Part shown: positions 9,403 to 19,275 of the stretch, one piece after another
How positions within the stretch are numbered: the first letter of the stretch is position 1
Layout of the letters: each line of letters starts with the position of its first letter
Assembly: GCA_964354155.1 (NCBI GenBank)
Contig: CAYGYG010000009.1
Span: 6,053-70,052, forward strand
Reading direction: 5' to 3'
From: an uncultured bacterium
Lineage (GTDB): Bacteria > Hydrothermota > Tepidihabitantia > SM23-42 > CAYGYG01
DNA: 64,000 bases
The notes under the pieces: model-generated
The model's database searches: none
Told to the model about the DNA's origin: nothing
What the model saw: the letters and a program-made list of their open reading frames with translations, nothing else
Program-made: the position numbers and the translations under genes

Positions 9403-11520
9403 ATGATCATGTGGCTGATACTGACCACTTTCTTGATAACCAGCGCCAAGGAAGTTCATGTGAACTATGCGGAAATCGCACCGACGATCGACGGCGTAAT
9501 CGAAGACGTGTGGCAGAAGGCCGACTCGGCCTACGGTTTTGTTCAATTCATGCCCTATGAGCAGCAGCCGCCGAGCGAACGGACCGTAGTCTACGTACTG
9601 CAGGATAAATATAACATCTACTTTGCGTTCCGGTGCTGGGCCGAGAAACACAAACCGGTCGCCTGTCTGACTCGGGATGAGGAGTATGTCTCGGTCGGCA
9701 TCGACCCGTTTGACAGCAAGACCAACGGCTACTTCTTTACTGTCTTCGGCAGCCGGATCGTTTGGGACGGGTGGATCCACGATGACGGGCAGAGCCAGGA
9801 TCAATCGTGGGAAGGCGTCTGGTTCCGGGACGTTACGATGCACGATAACTACTACGAAGTGGAATTCAAGATACCGTTCAAGTCGATCCGGTATAAGAAA
9901 GGGCTGGAGCGCTGGGGAGTGCAGTTTATGCGCTACACGGCGGCCGAGCTGGAAACCGACTACTGGACCGAGGTGACTCAGGACCAGGGTGACAGGGTTT
10001 CCCGGTGGGGTTCCCTGGTCGGCGTCAATCCGCAGTCGACCGGATACTACTTTGAGCTCTACCCGGAAGGCTATGTTCGCTACGACAAAGAGGAAGGCGT
10101 GGATGCGGAATACAAGCCGCGGATGAGCATGAATGCTAAATGGGACATAACCCCCCAGACCACGCTCAACGCCACGGCCTTCCCGGATTTTGCCCAGATC
10201 GAGTCCGACCCTTTCACCCTCAACCTCGGACGCTATCCGGTGTATCTTGCGGAGCGACGGCCGTTCTTCGTGGAGGGCATGGACGCATTTCGTTTGGCGC
10301 ACCTGGGCGATGGGCCATTCACGCCGTTAGACATATTCTACTCCCGGCGGATCGGCAAATCCCTAAACGGCGATGTTGTCCCGATTATCGGCGGCGGCAA
10401 GCTGACCAGCAAGGCGCAGGACTGGAACTTCGGCGTGCTGGGTGCGTACACCGGTGAATATAGCCGGAATGATACCGTGCTCGAAACGGAACACGGGTTT
10501 GGAGCCGTGCGGGCGAAACGGCGGCTTCTGGGCAATTCGGAAGTCGGCGTGCTGCTGGACGGATCGATGGTTGACCAGGATGACTATAATGTCGCCCTGG
10601 CCACCGATCTCGTGTTGCGGCGAGGTGCCCGGCAGTTCATAACCCACGGTGCGGTCAGCGATAAGGATGGAAAGCGCGGTTGGGCGCTGTCGTCGGGCTA
10701 CCATGGCTTTATCGGCAAGTACCAGACGAATTTTGCCGGCGCGGTGATCAACGACTCTTTTGATGTCAGCGACATCGGCTTCGTGCCCTGGGTTGGTCAC
10801 AAGGAACTTGTCGCCGCGGTCGGACCCCTCAACCGCTATCGAAGCGGTGCCATGAGCACGCTCTACTACGGTCCGGGCCTGTCGTTGTCGAGAAGTCCGG
10901 GGAGTCGTGGCTGGTCCAAGCACGGATTCTTTGAGGTCAACCCCAGCTTCCGCAACGGCTGGGGATTCGATGCCAACCTTGATGCCGGACCGAGCTACGA
11001 GATGGACACAAGCTATTTCTCGCGCAGTGCGAGCCTTCACTTCTGGGGAAGGTTCTTCGGCAACCTCATCAACGGTTCGTTGCGCTACGGCTATCAATAC
11101 AACTACCAGCGTGGATTCATTGCCAATTCGGGCAGCAGCACGCTGACGCTCCACTACGCGATTACCGAGAATCTCCGCGTCGGGGCAATATCCAACGTCT
11201 GGGTCGAGTGGGATACGACCGGCACCTTGCTCGCCATGACCCCGCTTTTCCGGCCCAATGTCGGCATCGTCTTCAACGCCGATATGAACCTGACCGTGTT
11301 TAGCGAGATCGTTATGGCAACACCGGGTGCGGAAATCGGCGAGACCGAGGTCCGGACGGCTCGCACCGGCGTACTCTATTCGTGGAACTTCCGACCCAAG
11401 TCATGGATCTATATAGCGCTCAACGATTACCGCGCTGATGACCTGGCCCAGCCTGGGACCGATATGCAGTTGTTGTATCAAATCGGAGCGGTTAAGGCAA
11501 AGTACCTGCTCTACTTCTAA
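9403..11520 (+). CDS. CBM9-like sugar-binding domain plus DUF5916-type outer-membrane beta-barrel protein
   Basis: APTIDGVIEDVW and EFKIPFKSIRY (CBM9-like); PDFAQIESD, ERRPFFVEG, FYSRRIG; C-terminal Phe. Confidence 0.85.
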   Translation: MIMWLILTTFLITSAKEVHVNYAEIAPTIDGVIEDVWQKADSAYGFVQFMPYEQQPPSERTVVYVLQDKYNIYFAFRCWAEKHKPVACLTRDEEYVSVGIDPFDSKTNGYFFTVFGSRIVWDGWIHDDGQSQDQSWEGVWFRDVTMHDNYYEVEFKIPFKSIRYKKGLERWGVQFMRYTAAELETDYWTEVTQDQGDRVSRWGSLVGVNPQSTGYYFELYPEGYVRYDKEEGVDAEYKPRMSMNAKWDITPQTTLNATAFPDFAQIESDPFTLNLGRYPVYLAERRPFFVEGMDAFRLAHLGDGPFTPLDIFYSRRIGKSLNGDVVPIIGGGKLTSKAQDWNFGVLGAYTGEYSRNDTVLETEHGFGAVRAKRRLLGNSEVGVLLDGSMVDQDDYNVALATDLVLRRGARQFITHGAVSDKDGKRGWALSSGYHGFIGKYQTNFAGAVINDSFDVSDIGFVPWVGHKELVAAVGPLNRYRSGAMSTLYYGPGLSLSRSPGSRGWSKHGFFEVNPSFRNGWGFDANLDAGPSYEMDTSYFSRSASLHFWGRFFGNLINGSLRYGYQYNYQRGFIANSGSSTLTLHYAITENLRVGAISNVWVEWDTTGTLLAMTPLFRPNVGIVFNADMNLTVFSEIVMATPGAEIGETEVRTARTGVLYSWNFRPKSWIYIALNDYRADDLAQPGTDMQLLYQIGAVKAKYLLYF

Positions 11521-11537
11521 CGAAGCAGGAGTGGACA

Positions 11538-11696
11538 ATGGCTAGATTGATAGCGTATATGCGCTGGATCGGGCTGGCCGCGTTGCTTGTGATGGTATTC
11601 CTGTCGGCCACGTGTGAGCGAAAATGTCGTGCCGAGCGCCCGGACTTGAATCAGCAACCTGTTAACCTGAACCAGCAAGGAGGTTGCGATGTTTGA
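11538..11696 (+). CDS. Small putative lipoprotein (52 aa, not in ORF track)
   Basis: AGGAG RBS; MARLIAYMRWIGLAALLVMVFLSATC...; stop overlaps start region of next ORF. Confidence 0.45.
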   Translation: MARLIAYMRWIGLAALLVMVFLSATCERKCRAERPDLNQQPVNLNQQGGCDV

Positions 11697-11919
11697 AATG
11701 ATGAAGCTCTTCGACCGGCGGTGGTATATTCTCTTCTTTGCGATCCTCATCAGCAACTGCAATCCGGAACGGGCGCTGGTGACCGAGGGTCAGAGCGAAC
11801 CCCGGGCCAGCGAGGAGAGAATTGTACATCAGCCGAATCAGTCTCAAGCACCGCGGGAGAGGATCGGCCCAAGGCCGACGATCCGGCCGGCGAACCTGGA
11901 CCGGAAGAACATTGACTGA
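11689..11919 (+). CDS. Small putative lipoprotein
   Basis: AAGGAGGT RBS; basic N-terminus, hydrophobic stretch, ISNC lipobox-like site. Confidence 0.5.
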   Translation: MFEMMKLFDRRWYILFFAILISNCNPERALVTEGQSEPRASEERIVHQPNQSQAPRERIGPRPTIRPANLDRKNID

Positions 11920-11978
11920 CGGCGCGGACCGCATCGTATGATTGGCGGCGCACCGAGTCAAGCGCTTGACGAAACCGT

Positions 11979-12416
11979 TCAGTCCTTTTTGTTCAGATCC
12001 CAGTGGATCGGGGCCGGGTCTTCGCTAAGCTGGAGCAGGGGCCCAATCATCTTGATTTCGAGCTTCATGTCCTGACGCACAATGGGTATCGTCAGTTCCT
12101 TGCCGGCCCCGAGCATGAACTTCTCATAGAAAACGCCGACCGGGCACTGGGGCGCATCCCCAACCTTGAATCCGGCCCGGGCCATCACCGAATTCGGCTG
12201 GATCGACGCGATGATCATGGAGAGCTTGCCATTCCGGTACTGGGTGGTGTAGGTTATCCCGAGCTGGGCATTAGCTTCTTCGATCAACCGGTTCCGGATA
12301 TCCTTCTCAACGGTCCAGAGGTAGTGTTTCTTGATGGTTGAGAGTATGCCAAGGATGCCCAGGGCCACGAGGACAAAGACGGCCAGGATGATGATTGTCT
12401 TGACCGCGGAAGTCAT
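11979..12416 (-). CDS. Membrane-anchored PDZ-like domain protein
   Basis: N-terminal TM helix; LGI...IQPNSVMARAGFKVGD PDZ-like motif. Confidence 0.65.
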   Translation of the reverse strand: MTSAVKTIIILAVFVLVALGILGILSTIKKHYLWTVEKDIRNRLIEEANAQLGITYTTQYRNGKLSMIIASIQPNSVMARAGFKVGDAPQCPVGVFYEKFMLGAGKELTIPIVRQDMKLEIKMIGPLLQLSEDPAPIHWDLNKKD

Positions 12417-12425
12417 GGCGGGGCG

Positions 12426-13100
12426 CTACGACACGGATCCTGCCGGTTTGATGCATTCCGGCGTGTTGAACTTGGGCGAGTTGACCGCGGTTGAGACCGG
12501 ATAGGCTTGCAGCGCCGCGGCGTCAAAGGGTTTGAGCAAAGGCAAGAGCGTTCCCGGATCCTGAGTGTCTTTGTCAAGCCAGGTCAGGCGACTGTCCGGG
12601 GCGATGATCGCCGGCATCCGGCTGTGAATCGCCCTAAGAAGTTCGTTGGGTTCGGTGGTGATGATCGTGCAGGTAACCAGGATCGTCCCATCCGGGGCCT
12701 TCCAGTTGTCGTACAGACCGGCCAGGCCGAACGGCTTGCCCGAACGAAGACTGATGTAGATCGGTTCTTTCCGTCCTTGGACCGTCCGCCACTCGTAGAA
12801 ACCATCCGCCACAATCAGGCAGCGCCGGCTCTTGAAGGCGGGCGCGAAACTCTTCTTTTCCGTAATGGTTTCAACCCGGGCATTGATCATGCGGTTGCCG
12901 ATCGACGGGTCTTCAGCCCAGAAAGGTACGAGTCCCCAGCGCATGGCGACCAAACGATTTTTGCCGTTTCTGATAACACAGGCGACATCCTGGGTCGGTG
13001 CGATATTGTAGCTGGGCGGGGCCTCCCACGCCACTTCAAAGACCTCGAACTCATTGGTGATTTCGGTAATGGTGCTTTTGCGCACGAATCGGCCACACAT
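12426..13100 (-). CDS. yedK: SOS response-associated peptidase (SRAP/YedK/HMCES family)
   Basis: True start MCGRF at 13100 (catalytic Cys2); YNIAPTQ, INARVET, ADGFYEW, IHSRMP. Confidence 0.93.
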   Translation of the reverse strand: MCGRFVRKSTITEITNEFEVFEVAWEAPPSYNIAPTQDVACVIRNGKNRLVAMRWGLVPFWAEDPSIGNRMINARVETITEKKSFAPAFKSRRCLIVADGFYEWRTVQGRKEPIYISLRSGKPFGLAGLYDNWKAPDGTILVTCTIITTEPNELLRAIHSRMPAIIAPDSRLTWLDKDTQDPGTLLPLLKPFDAAALQAYPVSTAVNSPKFNTPECIKPAGSVS

Positions 13101-13215
13101 ACCAGACAATACTATTCGCCGGTTTTCAAATGTCAATGCCCCTTTTTGGGGTCTGGCTTTCATGTCTTTCTGATTCGTCGGGGCGGGTGATTCTTGTTGC
13201 GACGCCACAAGCTCC

Positions 13216-13243
13216 TTGACTCACATGCATCTTCAGATACAAT
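13216..13243 (+). promoter_or_regulatory. sigma70-type promoter
   Basis: TTGACT-N16-TACAAT. Confidence 0.6.
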
Positions 13244-13267
13244 AGGGCAGATAGACCAAGGAGCCAC

Positions 13268-13540
13268 GTGATTAAGTACAGCGAAAACCGCGGCGATTCG
13301 CCTGAAGATGCTATTGTGATCAGCGGCGCAACAAGCCACCGAGAAGGCATCGACGCCGAGTATCGGTATCTTGTGAAGAATTTTCCCGGCCACCGGGTGA
13401 ACCGCCAGGCGCTGAAGAATCACCAGGGTCGGTTCTATGATGAGATGGAACTCCGGTTGGCCGATGACACCAGTACTAAGATCTATTTCGACATTACCCA
13501 ACCCTACCGTCTTTTGATGAATGAATTCAAGCCGCGGTGA
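13268..13540 (+). CDS. Small hypothetical protein
   Basis: AAGGAG RBS plus GTG start; GDSPEDAIVI...IYFDIT; promoter directly upstream. Confidence 0.7.
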   Translation: MIKYSENRGDSPEDAIVISGATSHREGIDAEYRYLVKNFPGHRVNRQALKNHQGRFYDEMELRLADDTSTKIYFDITQPYRLLMNEFKPR

Positions 13541-13561
13541 TGGCGAAAGTTAAAAAGTAAC

Positions 13562-15994
13562 ATGCCTGTCCCCTACGTGATAAGCGAAGAGAAGCGGGCG
13601 CGGCCCGAACTGGTTGGGGCCAAGGCCTGGAACCTGTTCCTGCTCAAGCGCCGTTTCCGGATTCCTGAATTCACGGTTGTCACTGCCCTGGCCTACGAGT
13701 CCTGGCGCCAGACCGGCCGGATGGTCAGCGCGGTTGAAAAAGAACTCCGGGAGAGCGTGGCGCGGATGCTCGAGAAAGGTCCGCTTGCGGTTCGCTCATC
13801 CGGCACGGCCGAGGACATGCCGGGCCATTCGTTCGCCGGCATGTACGAGACGACCCTGAACGTACGGACCGTTGAAGAAGCGCTGGCCGCGGTGATTCGG
13901 ACGTGGCAATCGGTCAACACCAGGAGGGTGAAGCAGTACCGAAGCCGGATGAATGTGCCGGCGGGTGAAATGGCGGTCATCCTCCAGCATCAACTAACGC
14001 CCCAAACCAGCGGGGTGATGGTCACAAAGAACCCGGCGGGCGGCAACGAAATCATCATCGAGTGCGCTCGCGGACTGGGCGACAAGTTGGTGTCCGGCGC
14101 GGTCACTCCGTCACAGTACCGATTGAAGAACAACCGTGTGATCGATCGGCGCGGAGAAGATCTGCTATCGAAAAAGCACATTGTTCGATTGGCAAAGTGC
14201 GGGCGGCGCATCGAGCGGCGCTTCAAATCACCCCAGGATATCGAATGGGCGATCGAAGATGACGAAGTATTCATCCTTCAGGCGCGTCCGGTCCTGGTTC
14301 ACGAAAAGACCCGAGTCAAGTCGGGCCGGGTGTGGTGTAACGCCAATGTGCGTGAGACGATACCGGACCCGGTGACTCCCCTGATGTGGTCGATTTTTGA
14401 GGAACACATGTTCCCCGGTATCATCATCGATGCTTTCGGTCTACCGATCGATCGCGAACAGTATGCCCGATTCCCCGGGGTCGAACGAGTCCTGGGACGA
14501 TTGTACTGGAACTGCAATTCAACCCTTGCCTACGCCAAGTCAATAGGCTTTCTCTTCAGCGTCTTTCAGGCCGATTTCGCCGTTGATCCCCAGATGGCCC
14601 GGGCCATGCGCAGTATCGACGCCCGGGCCGTGCCCAAGGTCATTTCAACGCCGAGGATGTTTCTCTTCAGTTTGGTCGCCGGGGTGCGTCTCAACTACTA
14701 TCTGTTGCTCAGTTTCTTTCGCTATCGTTGGCTGGCGCGCCGCGTGGTCAGGGCCTTTGAGGCCACGGACCGGCTCCAGGCCAGTCTCAAGACCTCGGAT
14801 GATTTCAAGACCGGCTGTACTAACGTCCGTACTTGGCTGGCCTATGTTACCGACCTCTTTGCGCGACGGTATTTCGGCGGCATCTTCTTGGGCATATTTT
14901 ACATGCTGGCGCTGACGAAGTTGCTGGGCTTGAGGTTGGGGAAGAAGGGCGAGGCCGCGGCCCGCCGGTCGGCGCTCGGCATTATTGATAAGACGAGCGA
15001 GATGGTACTTTCGATCAGCGAAATGGTCGGACGGGCGCGAAACCGGCTGGTCCGAATTACCAGCCGTGGTCTGCGCCGCCTCTACCGGACTGACCGCCAG
15101 TTCCGTGCGCTCTTCGACCGTTTCTTAAGCAACTTCGGGCACCGCGGTCCTGGTGAGTTCGATGTGGCGAGCATTAACTGGGCCGAGGACCACGACATGG
15201 TCTATGATCTGATTGTTACCAGCCAGGGTGTTAAGCCGTGTATTGAACGCCGCCGGGTCATTGACGAACTGCTCCGGTCATTACCTTCGTTTGAACGCAT
15301 CGTACTGAAGATGCTCATACCCAGGCTCGAGGCTTTGTACCCACTACGCGAAAATGGCAAGCACTACTATTTCCGGCTCGGTTGGCGGATCAAGGAGCAG
15401 CTTTTGATCATGGACCGGATTCTTCGCCAGGAGAAGTACACGATGCGGCCCCGAGACATCTTCTTCTTGACCTTGCCCGATCTCGAGGCAATTGCCGGTC
15501 GGCAGCTGACTGTAGGCCAGGCGCGACGGTTGATAAGGGAGAGGAAGGAGGAATGGGACAGGTTTAAGAAGATCGAACCGCCGGACATCGTCTACGAAAG
15601 CGGCGAGCAGTACTTTGAACCGCTGGCCAAAGACCGTGTGCTGACCGGAGAACCCCTGACCTTTGGCCGGGTCGCGGGCCGGGCACGCATTATTAAGAAC
15701 TACTGCGACAGCCACCGGTTGCGCAGGGGAGAGATCATGGTCACCAATCACGCTGATCCGGGCTGGACCCCGCTTTTCAACGTGGCGTCGGGAGTCATCG
15801 TTGAAGTCGGCGGTCTGGCCTGTCATGCGGCGATGGTTGCCCGCGAGCTCGGGGTGCCGGCTATTGTCGTTCGCGGCGCTACAAAGTTGATCCGTGACGG
15901 CCAGATGGTCGAGCTTGATGCGGACCTGGGCACGGTCGATTTGAAGATCAAGCGACCCGAGGCTAAGTCCAGCCAGTTTTGGGTTGACAGGTAA
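13562..15994 (+). CDS. PEP-utilising enzyme with PPDK-type ATP-grasp and C-terminal phospho-His swivel domain (rifampin phosphotransferase-like architecture)
   Basis: AVRSSGTAED...SFAGMY, QDIEWA, LQARP; FGHRGPGEFD central domain; GGLACHAAMVARELGVP. Confidence 0.85.
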   Translation: MPVPYVISEEKRARPELVGAKAWNLFLLKRRFRIPEFTVVTALAYESWRQTGRMVSAVEKELRESVARMLEKGPLAVRSSGTAEDMPGHSFAGMYETTLNVRTVEEALAAVIRTWQSVNTRRVKQYRSRMNVPAGEMAVILQHQLTPQTSGVMVTKNPAGGNEIIIECARGLGDKLVSGAVTPSQYRLKNNRVIDRRGEDLLSKKHIVRLAKCGRRIERRFKSPQDIEWAIEDDEVFILQARPVLVHEKTRVKSGRVWCNANVRETIPDPVTPLMWSIFEEHMFPGIIIDAFGLPIDREQYARFPGVERVLGRLYWNCNSTLAYAKSIGFLFSVFQADFAVDPQMARAMRSIDARAVPKVISTPRMFLFSLVAGVRLNYYLLLSFFRYRWLARRVVRAFEATDRLQASLKTSDDFKTGCTNVRTWLAYVTDLFARRYFGGIFLGIFYMLALTKLLGLRLGKKGEAAARRSALGIIDKTSEMVLSISEMVGRARNRLVRITSRGLRRLYRTDRQFRALFDRFLSNFGHRGPGEFDVASINWAEDHDMVYDLIVTSQGVKPCIERRRVIDELLRSLPSFERIVLKMLIPRLEALYPLRENGKHYYFRLGWRIKEQLLIMDRILRQEKYTMRPRDIFFLTLPDLEAIAGRQLTVGQARRLIRERKEEWDRFKKIEPPDIVYESGEQYFEPLAKDRVLTGEPLTFGRVAGRARIIKNYCDSHRLRRGEIMVTNHADPGWTPLFNVASGVIVEVGGLACHAAMVARELGVPAIVVRGATKLIRDGQMVELDADLGTVDLKIKRPEAKSSQFWVDR

Positions 15995-16011
15995 GTCGTA
16001 TTGGCTATGAT
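15984..16011 (+). promoter_or_regulatory. sigma70-type promoter (near-leaderless)
   Basis: TTGACA-N16-TATGAT, 8 nt before ATG 16020. Confidence 0.6.
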
Positions 16012-16019
16012 ACGACTGA

Positions 16020-16589
16020 ATGAAGACGATCCGAAAAAAACTTGAGTCTTTTTGCCACTCGTATCCTGCAACTGCGGTGATCGTCTGTGTCAAGCAGGGC
16101 GCCACTCTCAATGCTATGGCCGTGGCCTGGCATATGCCGGTTTCATTCAAACCGCCGCTTTATGCCGTGTCGATTTCACCCAAGCGTTTCACTCATGCCA
16201 TGATCGTAAAGGCCAAGGAATTCTCAATCAATTTCCTGACTCATGCCGACGCCGAGTTCATTCACAAGCTGGGTCACACGTCAGGGAAAACGCTGAACAA
16301 GTTCAAGAAGTACGGCATCAAGACCGAGAAGCCGGCCCGGATTAAAAGCCCGGTCCTGAAGAAGGCATTTGCGGCGTATGAGTGCCGGCTTTTCGACTTC
16401 ACGTCGGCCGGCGACCACACGATCTTCATCGGCGAGGTTATCGCGATTCACAGCGATGATGCGAGCTTCACGGTTGACGGCCTGATCAGACTTGACAGAA
16501 CAAGGCCGGCCATGTATATTGGCGACGACCATTACGTGACGGCGGATTCTAAGAGTTTGGTGTCGACAAAAGATACAAAAACGGACTGA
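16020..16589 (+). CDS. Flavin reductase family protein
   Basis: NAMAVAWHMPVSFKPP, EFSINF, AGDHTIFIGEV. Confidence 0.9.
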   Translation: MKTIRKKLESFCHSYPATAVIVCVKQGATLNAMAVAWHMPVSFKPPLYAVSISPKRFTHAMIVKAKEFSINFLTHADAEFIHKLGHTSGKTLNKFKKYGIKTEKPARIKSPVLKKAFAAYECRLFDFTSAGDHTIFIGEVIAIHSDDASFTVDGLIRLDRTRPAMYIGDDHYVTADSKSLVSTKDTKTD

Positions 16590-16636
16590 AGATGGGAATC
16601 CAGCCCGGCTGCGTCAGGCAGTATTGAAGGAGAACC

Positions 16637-16801
16637 ATGGAAAGATGGCAGTGTATTGTCTGCGGCTACATCTATGACCCTGAGAAGGGCGACCCGGAAA
16701 ACGGTATTGCCCCGGGCACTTTCTGGGAGGAGTTGGCGGATTCATGGGGGTGCCCGGAATGCGGCGCCAGCCGGGAAGAGTTTGAGCGCGTCGAATACTG
16801 A
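16637..16801 (+). CDS. Rubredoxin (54 aa, not in ORF track)
   Basis: [44 protein letters not shown]: two CxxC motifs; AAGGAG RBS. Confidence 0.95.
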   Translation: MERWQCIVCGYIYDPEKGDPENGIAPGTFWEELADSWGCPECGASREEFERVEY

Positions 16802-16818
16802 TTGCTTAAAAGGCCCGA

Positions 16819-17541
16819 TTATAGATTTTCGATGGCGACCAATCGTCCGTCGTGGGCGAATACGTAGACTTCCTTTTTGAACGTCACGCGTGTCTTTCCA
16901 TCCTCGTCAACAACCATTTTTATCGCTTTGGGCCGGGTGCAGGAGAGACAGTCGGAAAACGTATGGCTCCACTCCTGATTCCCTTTTAGATCAATGAAGA
17001 GAAGACAATCCCACACCGATTTCCGTTCTTTGCGCCGGGTGTTGATTGATAGGAACCGACCGTTCTCGGAGGCGACGACATCAACGATGGCATGCCAATC
17101 ACGCCTGTTCAGTTTTCGGGCCATGCCGGCATTCGACACCAGGTAAAGCGCGGGCTCGTGATTGTTGATGTCGGAACGTAGGATGACGGCGAACCCCAGG
17201 TTATGGGCCAGACCGCAACCAGGGTTATATTGATAATTACCGCTGATCGCCTTCTGCCACAGGACTTTGCCCCGGTTATTGAAGAACTTGACCGAGCTTT
17301 CGTGAATCGTATCGCTCATCTTGAGATGGTAGACAAGCGCGAACCGACCGTTTTCAGAGACATAGGCCTTGTCCAGAATCGATACGCGAATTGTCTGCCC
17401 GCCTATTTGCTCAGTCTGCTCAGTGAGCCCGAGCCGGGCTCTCTTGATGACCGCCGAATCAGGGCCGATGAATTTAAGCGTGTCACCCTGAATCGCAATA
17501 TGATAGGTGCAGAAGATGACGATGGCCGCAAGGCAAACCAT
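16819..17541 (-). CDS. Hypothetical exported protein (beta-propeller-like, CxxC near C-terminus)
   Basis: Long ORF; likely leaderless start at 17541 just after TTGACA-N16-TATAGT (17549-17576). Confidence 0.65.
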   Translation of the reverse strand: MVCLAAIVIFCTYHIAIQGDTLKFIGPDSAVIKRARLGLTEQTEQIGGQTIRVSILDKAYVSENGRFALVYHLKMSDTIHESSVKFFNNRGKVLWQKAISGNYQYNPGCGLAHNLGFAVILRSDINNHEPALYLVSNAGMARKLNRRDWHAIVDVVASENGRFLSINTRRKERKSVWDCLLFIDLKGNQEWSHTFSDCLSCTRPKAIKMVVDEDGKTRVTFKKEVYVFAHDGRLVAIENL

Positions 17542-17609
17542 AGGAGAAACTATAGTCATAACGCCCTGGATGTCAACAGGGAGTTACGCTTGGCCGCGGT
17601 TCAAATGGC

Positions 17610-17637
17610 TTGACCGCCAGAGCTAATTGACTATAAT
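17610..17637 (+). promoter_or_regulatory. sigma70-type promoter
   Basis: TTGACC-N16-TATAAT. Confidence 0.6.
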
Positions 17638-17657
17638 CTGATGAATCAGGAGGTTAT

Positions 17658-17804
17658 ATGACCCGTAAGGCTTTTTGTGCGCTGACGTTGTTCGCCGTGT
17701 CGGTCTTGGCAGGACCAATCTACAAGGATGGGGTCTTGGTGGGTGGCATCGAAAAAAGTCGTCGTCTTAGACTAACTTTCGGTTCAGAACCGCACCAAGC
17801 ATAA
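17658..17804 (+). CDS. Small signal-peptide-bearing ORF (48 aa), possibly a gene relic
   Basis: AGGAGGT RBS; MTRKAFCALTLFAVSVLAGPIYKDG...; first ORF after the promoter. Confidence 0.45.
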   Translation: MTRKAFCALTLFAVSVLAGPIYKDGVLVGGIEKSRRLRLTFGSEPHQA

Positions 17805-17827
17805 GCCAAGAACGGCCAAGGAGGCTC

Positions 17828-19240
17828 ATGCCATTCGTTGACTACGAATCACCGCGGCCTGGACCCAACGGGCAGAAGATAATCGAGCGGGACAAGAAGG
17901 TGATGTTCGGGGCCAATACCCGGACCCCGGAAATCCCTCTGGTCGTCGATTATGCTCAAGGCGTCCAGGTCACTGACGTAGACGGGAAAGAATATCTTGA
18001 CTTCGGCGCCGGCTTCGCCGTCTGTGGTACCGGGCACTGTCATCCCCAAGTTGTTCAGGCAATCATCGACCAGGCCCGCAAACTGCTCCATATCTCAGGC
18101 AGTGACTTCTACTATGCTTCGCAGCTTGAGCTGGCCGAGAGACTGCTGCCGCTGACACCGGGTGATTTCGAGAAGCGCGTCTATTTCGCAAACTCCGGGG
18201 TTGAGACGCTGGAAGCGGCGATCAAGATCAGCCGGAATTTTACGAGACGGCCCAAGATGATTGCGTTCCTGGGCGGGTTTCACGGCCGGACTTTCGCCGG
18301 CATGTCTCTTTCCGGCAGTAAGAAGGTGCAGAAGGCCCATTTCTCCCCCCTCATTCCTGAAGTCGTCCATGTTCCATTTGCGTACTGCTATCGCTGCCCC
18401 TACAACCTGCAGTATCCGGCCTGCAAGCGTCAAGACACGTTCGATGGCATTCCGATGCTGCCCTGTATTGCTTTTCTGACCGAGGTGATTTTTGAACAAC
18501 TGGTCGACCCGGAAGATGTTGCCGGTCTGTTTGTCGAGACGATCCAGGGCGAGGGCGGCTATATTGTGCCGCCGCCGGAATTCCACCGGCTGCTGCGGGC
18601 GATAACCAAGAAACACGGCATCTGCTATGTCCTCGATGAAATCCAATCCGGTCTTGGCCGAACCGGGAAGATGTTCGCGATCGAGTATTGGAACACCGAG
18701 CCCGACATCATCTGTATCGCCAAGGCGATCGCATCCGGCCTGCCGCTCGGTGCGGTGGTGGCCCGGGCCGAAATGATGGATGACGCGGTGGACCGGCGCG
18801 CCTGGAAAAAAGGGTCACACGGCAGCACCTTTGGCGGCAATCCGGTCGCCTGTGCCGCCGGCATCAAGAGCCTGGAGTTGATCAAGAACGGACTCGTCGA
18901 CAATGCCGCTGACGTCGGCGGGTACCTCAAGGAGCGCATTACGGCATTGGCCGCAAAGCACCGTATCATCGGAGACGTCCGGGGTAAGGGGCTGATGATC
19001 GGTATCGAGCTGGTCAAAGACAAGAAGACCAAAGAACGGTTCCCGCGCGAAATGACCAAGGACGGCAAAGGCATACCTCAAATCTTCACCGGGACGTGCT
19101 TCAAGAAAGGGTTGATTCTCTACGGCGCCGGGTTCAACTGTTTGAGAATCAGCCCACCGCTCATTCTGAGCAAGGCCGATGCGGAACGCGGCCTGGCCAT
19201 ATTCGAACAGGCCCTTGAAGAGGTCGAGAACCTGGTCTAA
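17828..19240 (+). CDS. Class III PLP-dependent aminotransferase (4-aminobutyrate/acetylornithine type)
   Basis: NSGVE, FHGRT, ETIQGEGG, DEIQSGLGRTG, AKAIASG, STFGGNP. Confidence 0.92.
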   Translation: MPFVDYESPRPGPNGQKIIERDKKVMFGANTRTPEIPLVVDYAQGVQVTDVDGKEYLDFGAGFAVCGTGHCHPQVVQAIIDQARKLLHISGSDFYYASQLELAERLLPLTPGDFEKRVYFANSGVETLEAAIKISRNFTRRPKMIAFLGGFHGRTFAGMSLSGSKKVQKAHFSPLIPEVVHVPFAYCYRCPYNLQYPACKRQDTFDGIPMLPCIAFLTEVIFEQLVDPEDVAGLFVETIQGEGGYIVPPPEFHRLLRAITKKHGICYVLDEIQSGLGRTGKMFAIEYWNTEPDIICIAKAIASGLPLGAVVARAEMMDDAVDRRAWKKGSHGSTFGGNPVACAAGIKSLELIKNGLVDNAADVGGYLKERITALAAKHRIIGDVRGKGLMIGIELVKDKKTKERFPREMTKDGKGIPQIFTGTCFKKGLILYGAGFNCLRISPPLILSKADAERGLAIFEQALEEVENLV

Positions 19241-19244
19241 CGAT

Positions 19245-19273
19245 GGAATATCGGGCGCAATTGGCTGTATAAC
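19245..19273 (+). promoter_or_regulatory. Putative ECF-sigma autoregulatory promoter
   Basis: GGAATA-N15-TGTATAAC immediately before the sigma ATG; same motif at 42002 and 46511. Confidence 0.65.
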
Positions 19274-19275
19274 AG

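Noticed and set aside
13538-13564. Second possible UGA read-through: ORF 13268-13540 is in frame with 13562-15994
   Set aside because: No Cys or redox context, no convincing SECIS hairpin, and both ORFs look like complete separate proteins; in-frame neighbours occur by chance.
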